Below, in pieces: positions 63,404 through 64,000 of a stretch of 64,000 nucleotides of DNA (the first letter of the stretch is position 1; each line of letters begins with the position of its first letter). The translations under genes and the position numbers were made by a program. The DNA lies in contig OZ237740.1 in assembly GCA_965178125.1 (NCBI GenBank), positions 186,001 through 250,000 of the forward strand, written 5' to 3'. This stretch comes from Bilabrum cf. latius. Taxonomy: Eukaryota. The notes below the pieces were generated by a model. That model was not told the origin of the DNA. It worked only from the letters and a program-made list of their open reading frames with translations, and did not search any database.

Positions 63404-63629
63404 TGTGCTCGAAACAGAGGGACTTGCAGTTGTGCTTCGCTAGAATTTCAGGGATAGGCGATGCACTTGAGCTTTGCAGTCCCAAGGAGCCACTCAAGTA
63501 CTGCCAGATATGTCGATGCTGAAAATATAGGGTAGTAGCTATCGTAACAATTCCAATATTTGGTATTTTTACGTTTCTCAAGGAATAAGCATGATGGAAC
63601 GTTCGTGAACTATTTATTCCCTTCCAAGT

Positions 63630-64000
63630 TCAGCGCGACTGGAGGCCGCCGGCCGGTATAATCGCGTACTTGTCGCAGATCCGTGTGAACGCCATCGGAA
63701 GCACCACATCTCCCTGGTCATCCTCATCCTCCGAATCGCTCTCTCCAGCCGACGGCCTGGCGATCGGCATGCCCCCGAACCCCCCGCTCTCCTCCTTGGA
63801 CATCTCCACGCTGAGCTCGTGCGCCTCCGAGAAGAACTGCAAAATTGTCTTGTCGGTCAGTGCGCGACGGGGAGAAGCACCTCCCGCCCCGCCCTTCCTC
63901 AGCCCAAGCACCTCGGCCGCACGAGTTGTGCCGGTGCGCTTGCTCTTCCTGCCGGCGTCCTTCACTGCTGCCTGCGCCAGCGACTTGACGATCTTGGAGA
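63630..64000 (-). CDS. 3' end of an unidentified gene running off the window
   Basis: Open frame from the window edge to TGA at 63630 with coding-like composition. Confidence 0.55.
   Translation of the reverse strand, partial: SKIVKSLAQAAVKDAGRKSKRTGTTRAAEVLGLRKGGAGGASPRRALTDKTILQFFSEAHELSVEMSKEESGGFGGMPIARPSAGESDSEDEDDQGDVVLPMAFTRICDKYAIIPAGGLQSR

Noticed and set aside
1-64000. Suppressor tRNA-Gln(CUA) or eRF1 gene
   Set aside because: I could not identify any tRNA cloverleaf or release-factor gene in this window by eye. tRNAscan-SE would be needed to exclude one.

Overview
GC-rich, gene-dense eukaryotic (protist-like) nuclear DNA with short GT-AG introns and about 18 protein-coding genes. 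The main signal is a non-standard genetic code. Nearly every gene is split in the supplied ORF track only by in-frame TAG codons, about 90 by my manual count. Reading TAG as glutamine restores full-length proteins: COX11, TRAP1/Hsp75, WDR3/Utp12, NOP53, UCH37, a two-pore channel, RUS/DUF647, a QRT3-like protein, a 15-finger C2H2 protein, a histidine phosphatase, an FAD oxidoreductase and a TPR protein, among others. TAG falls on conserved Gln positions and inside a poly-Gln run. The reconstructed genes end in TGA (14) or TAA (4), and none has an internal TAA. This points to UAG=Gln with UAA and UGA still stops (NCBI table 15-type), a rare decoupling of UAG from UAA in a nuclear genome. Other features: a 2.9-kb element with 43-bp terminal inverted repeats and a 3-bp target duplication but no recognisable transposase; 61 identical copies of a 43-bp unit that is exactly the end of the QRT3-like gene; a +1 frameshift in the TPR gene; a PB1-domain/FAD-oxidoreductase fusion; and a two-pore channel with divergent, basic pore filters. 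All gene models, introns and family calls come from manual reading without database searches.
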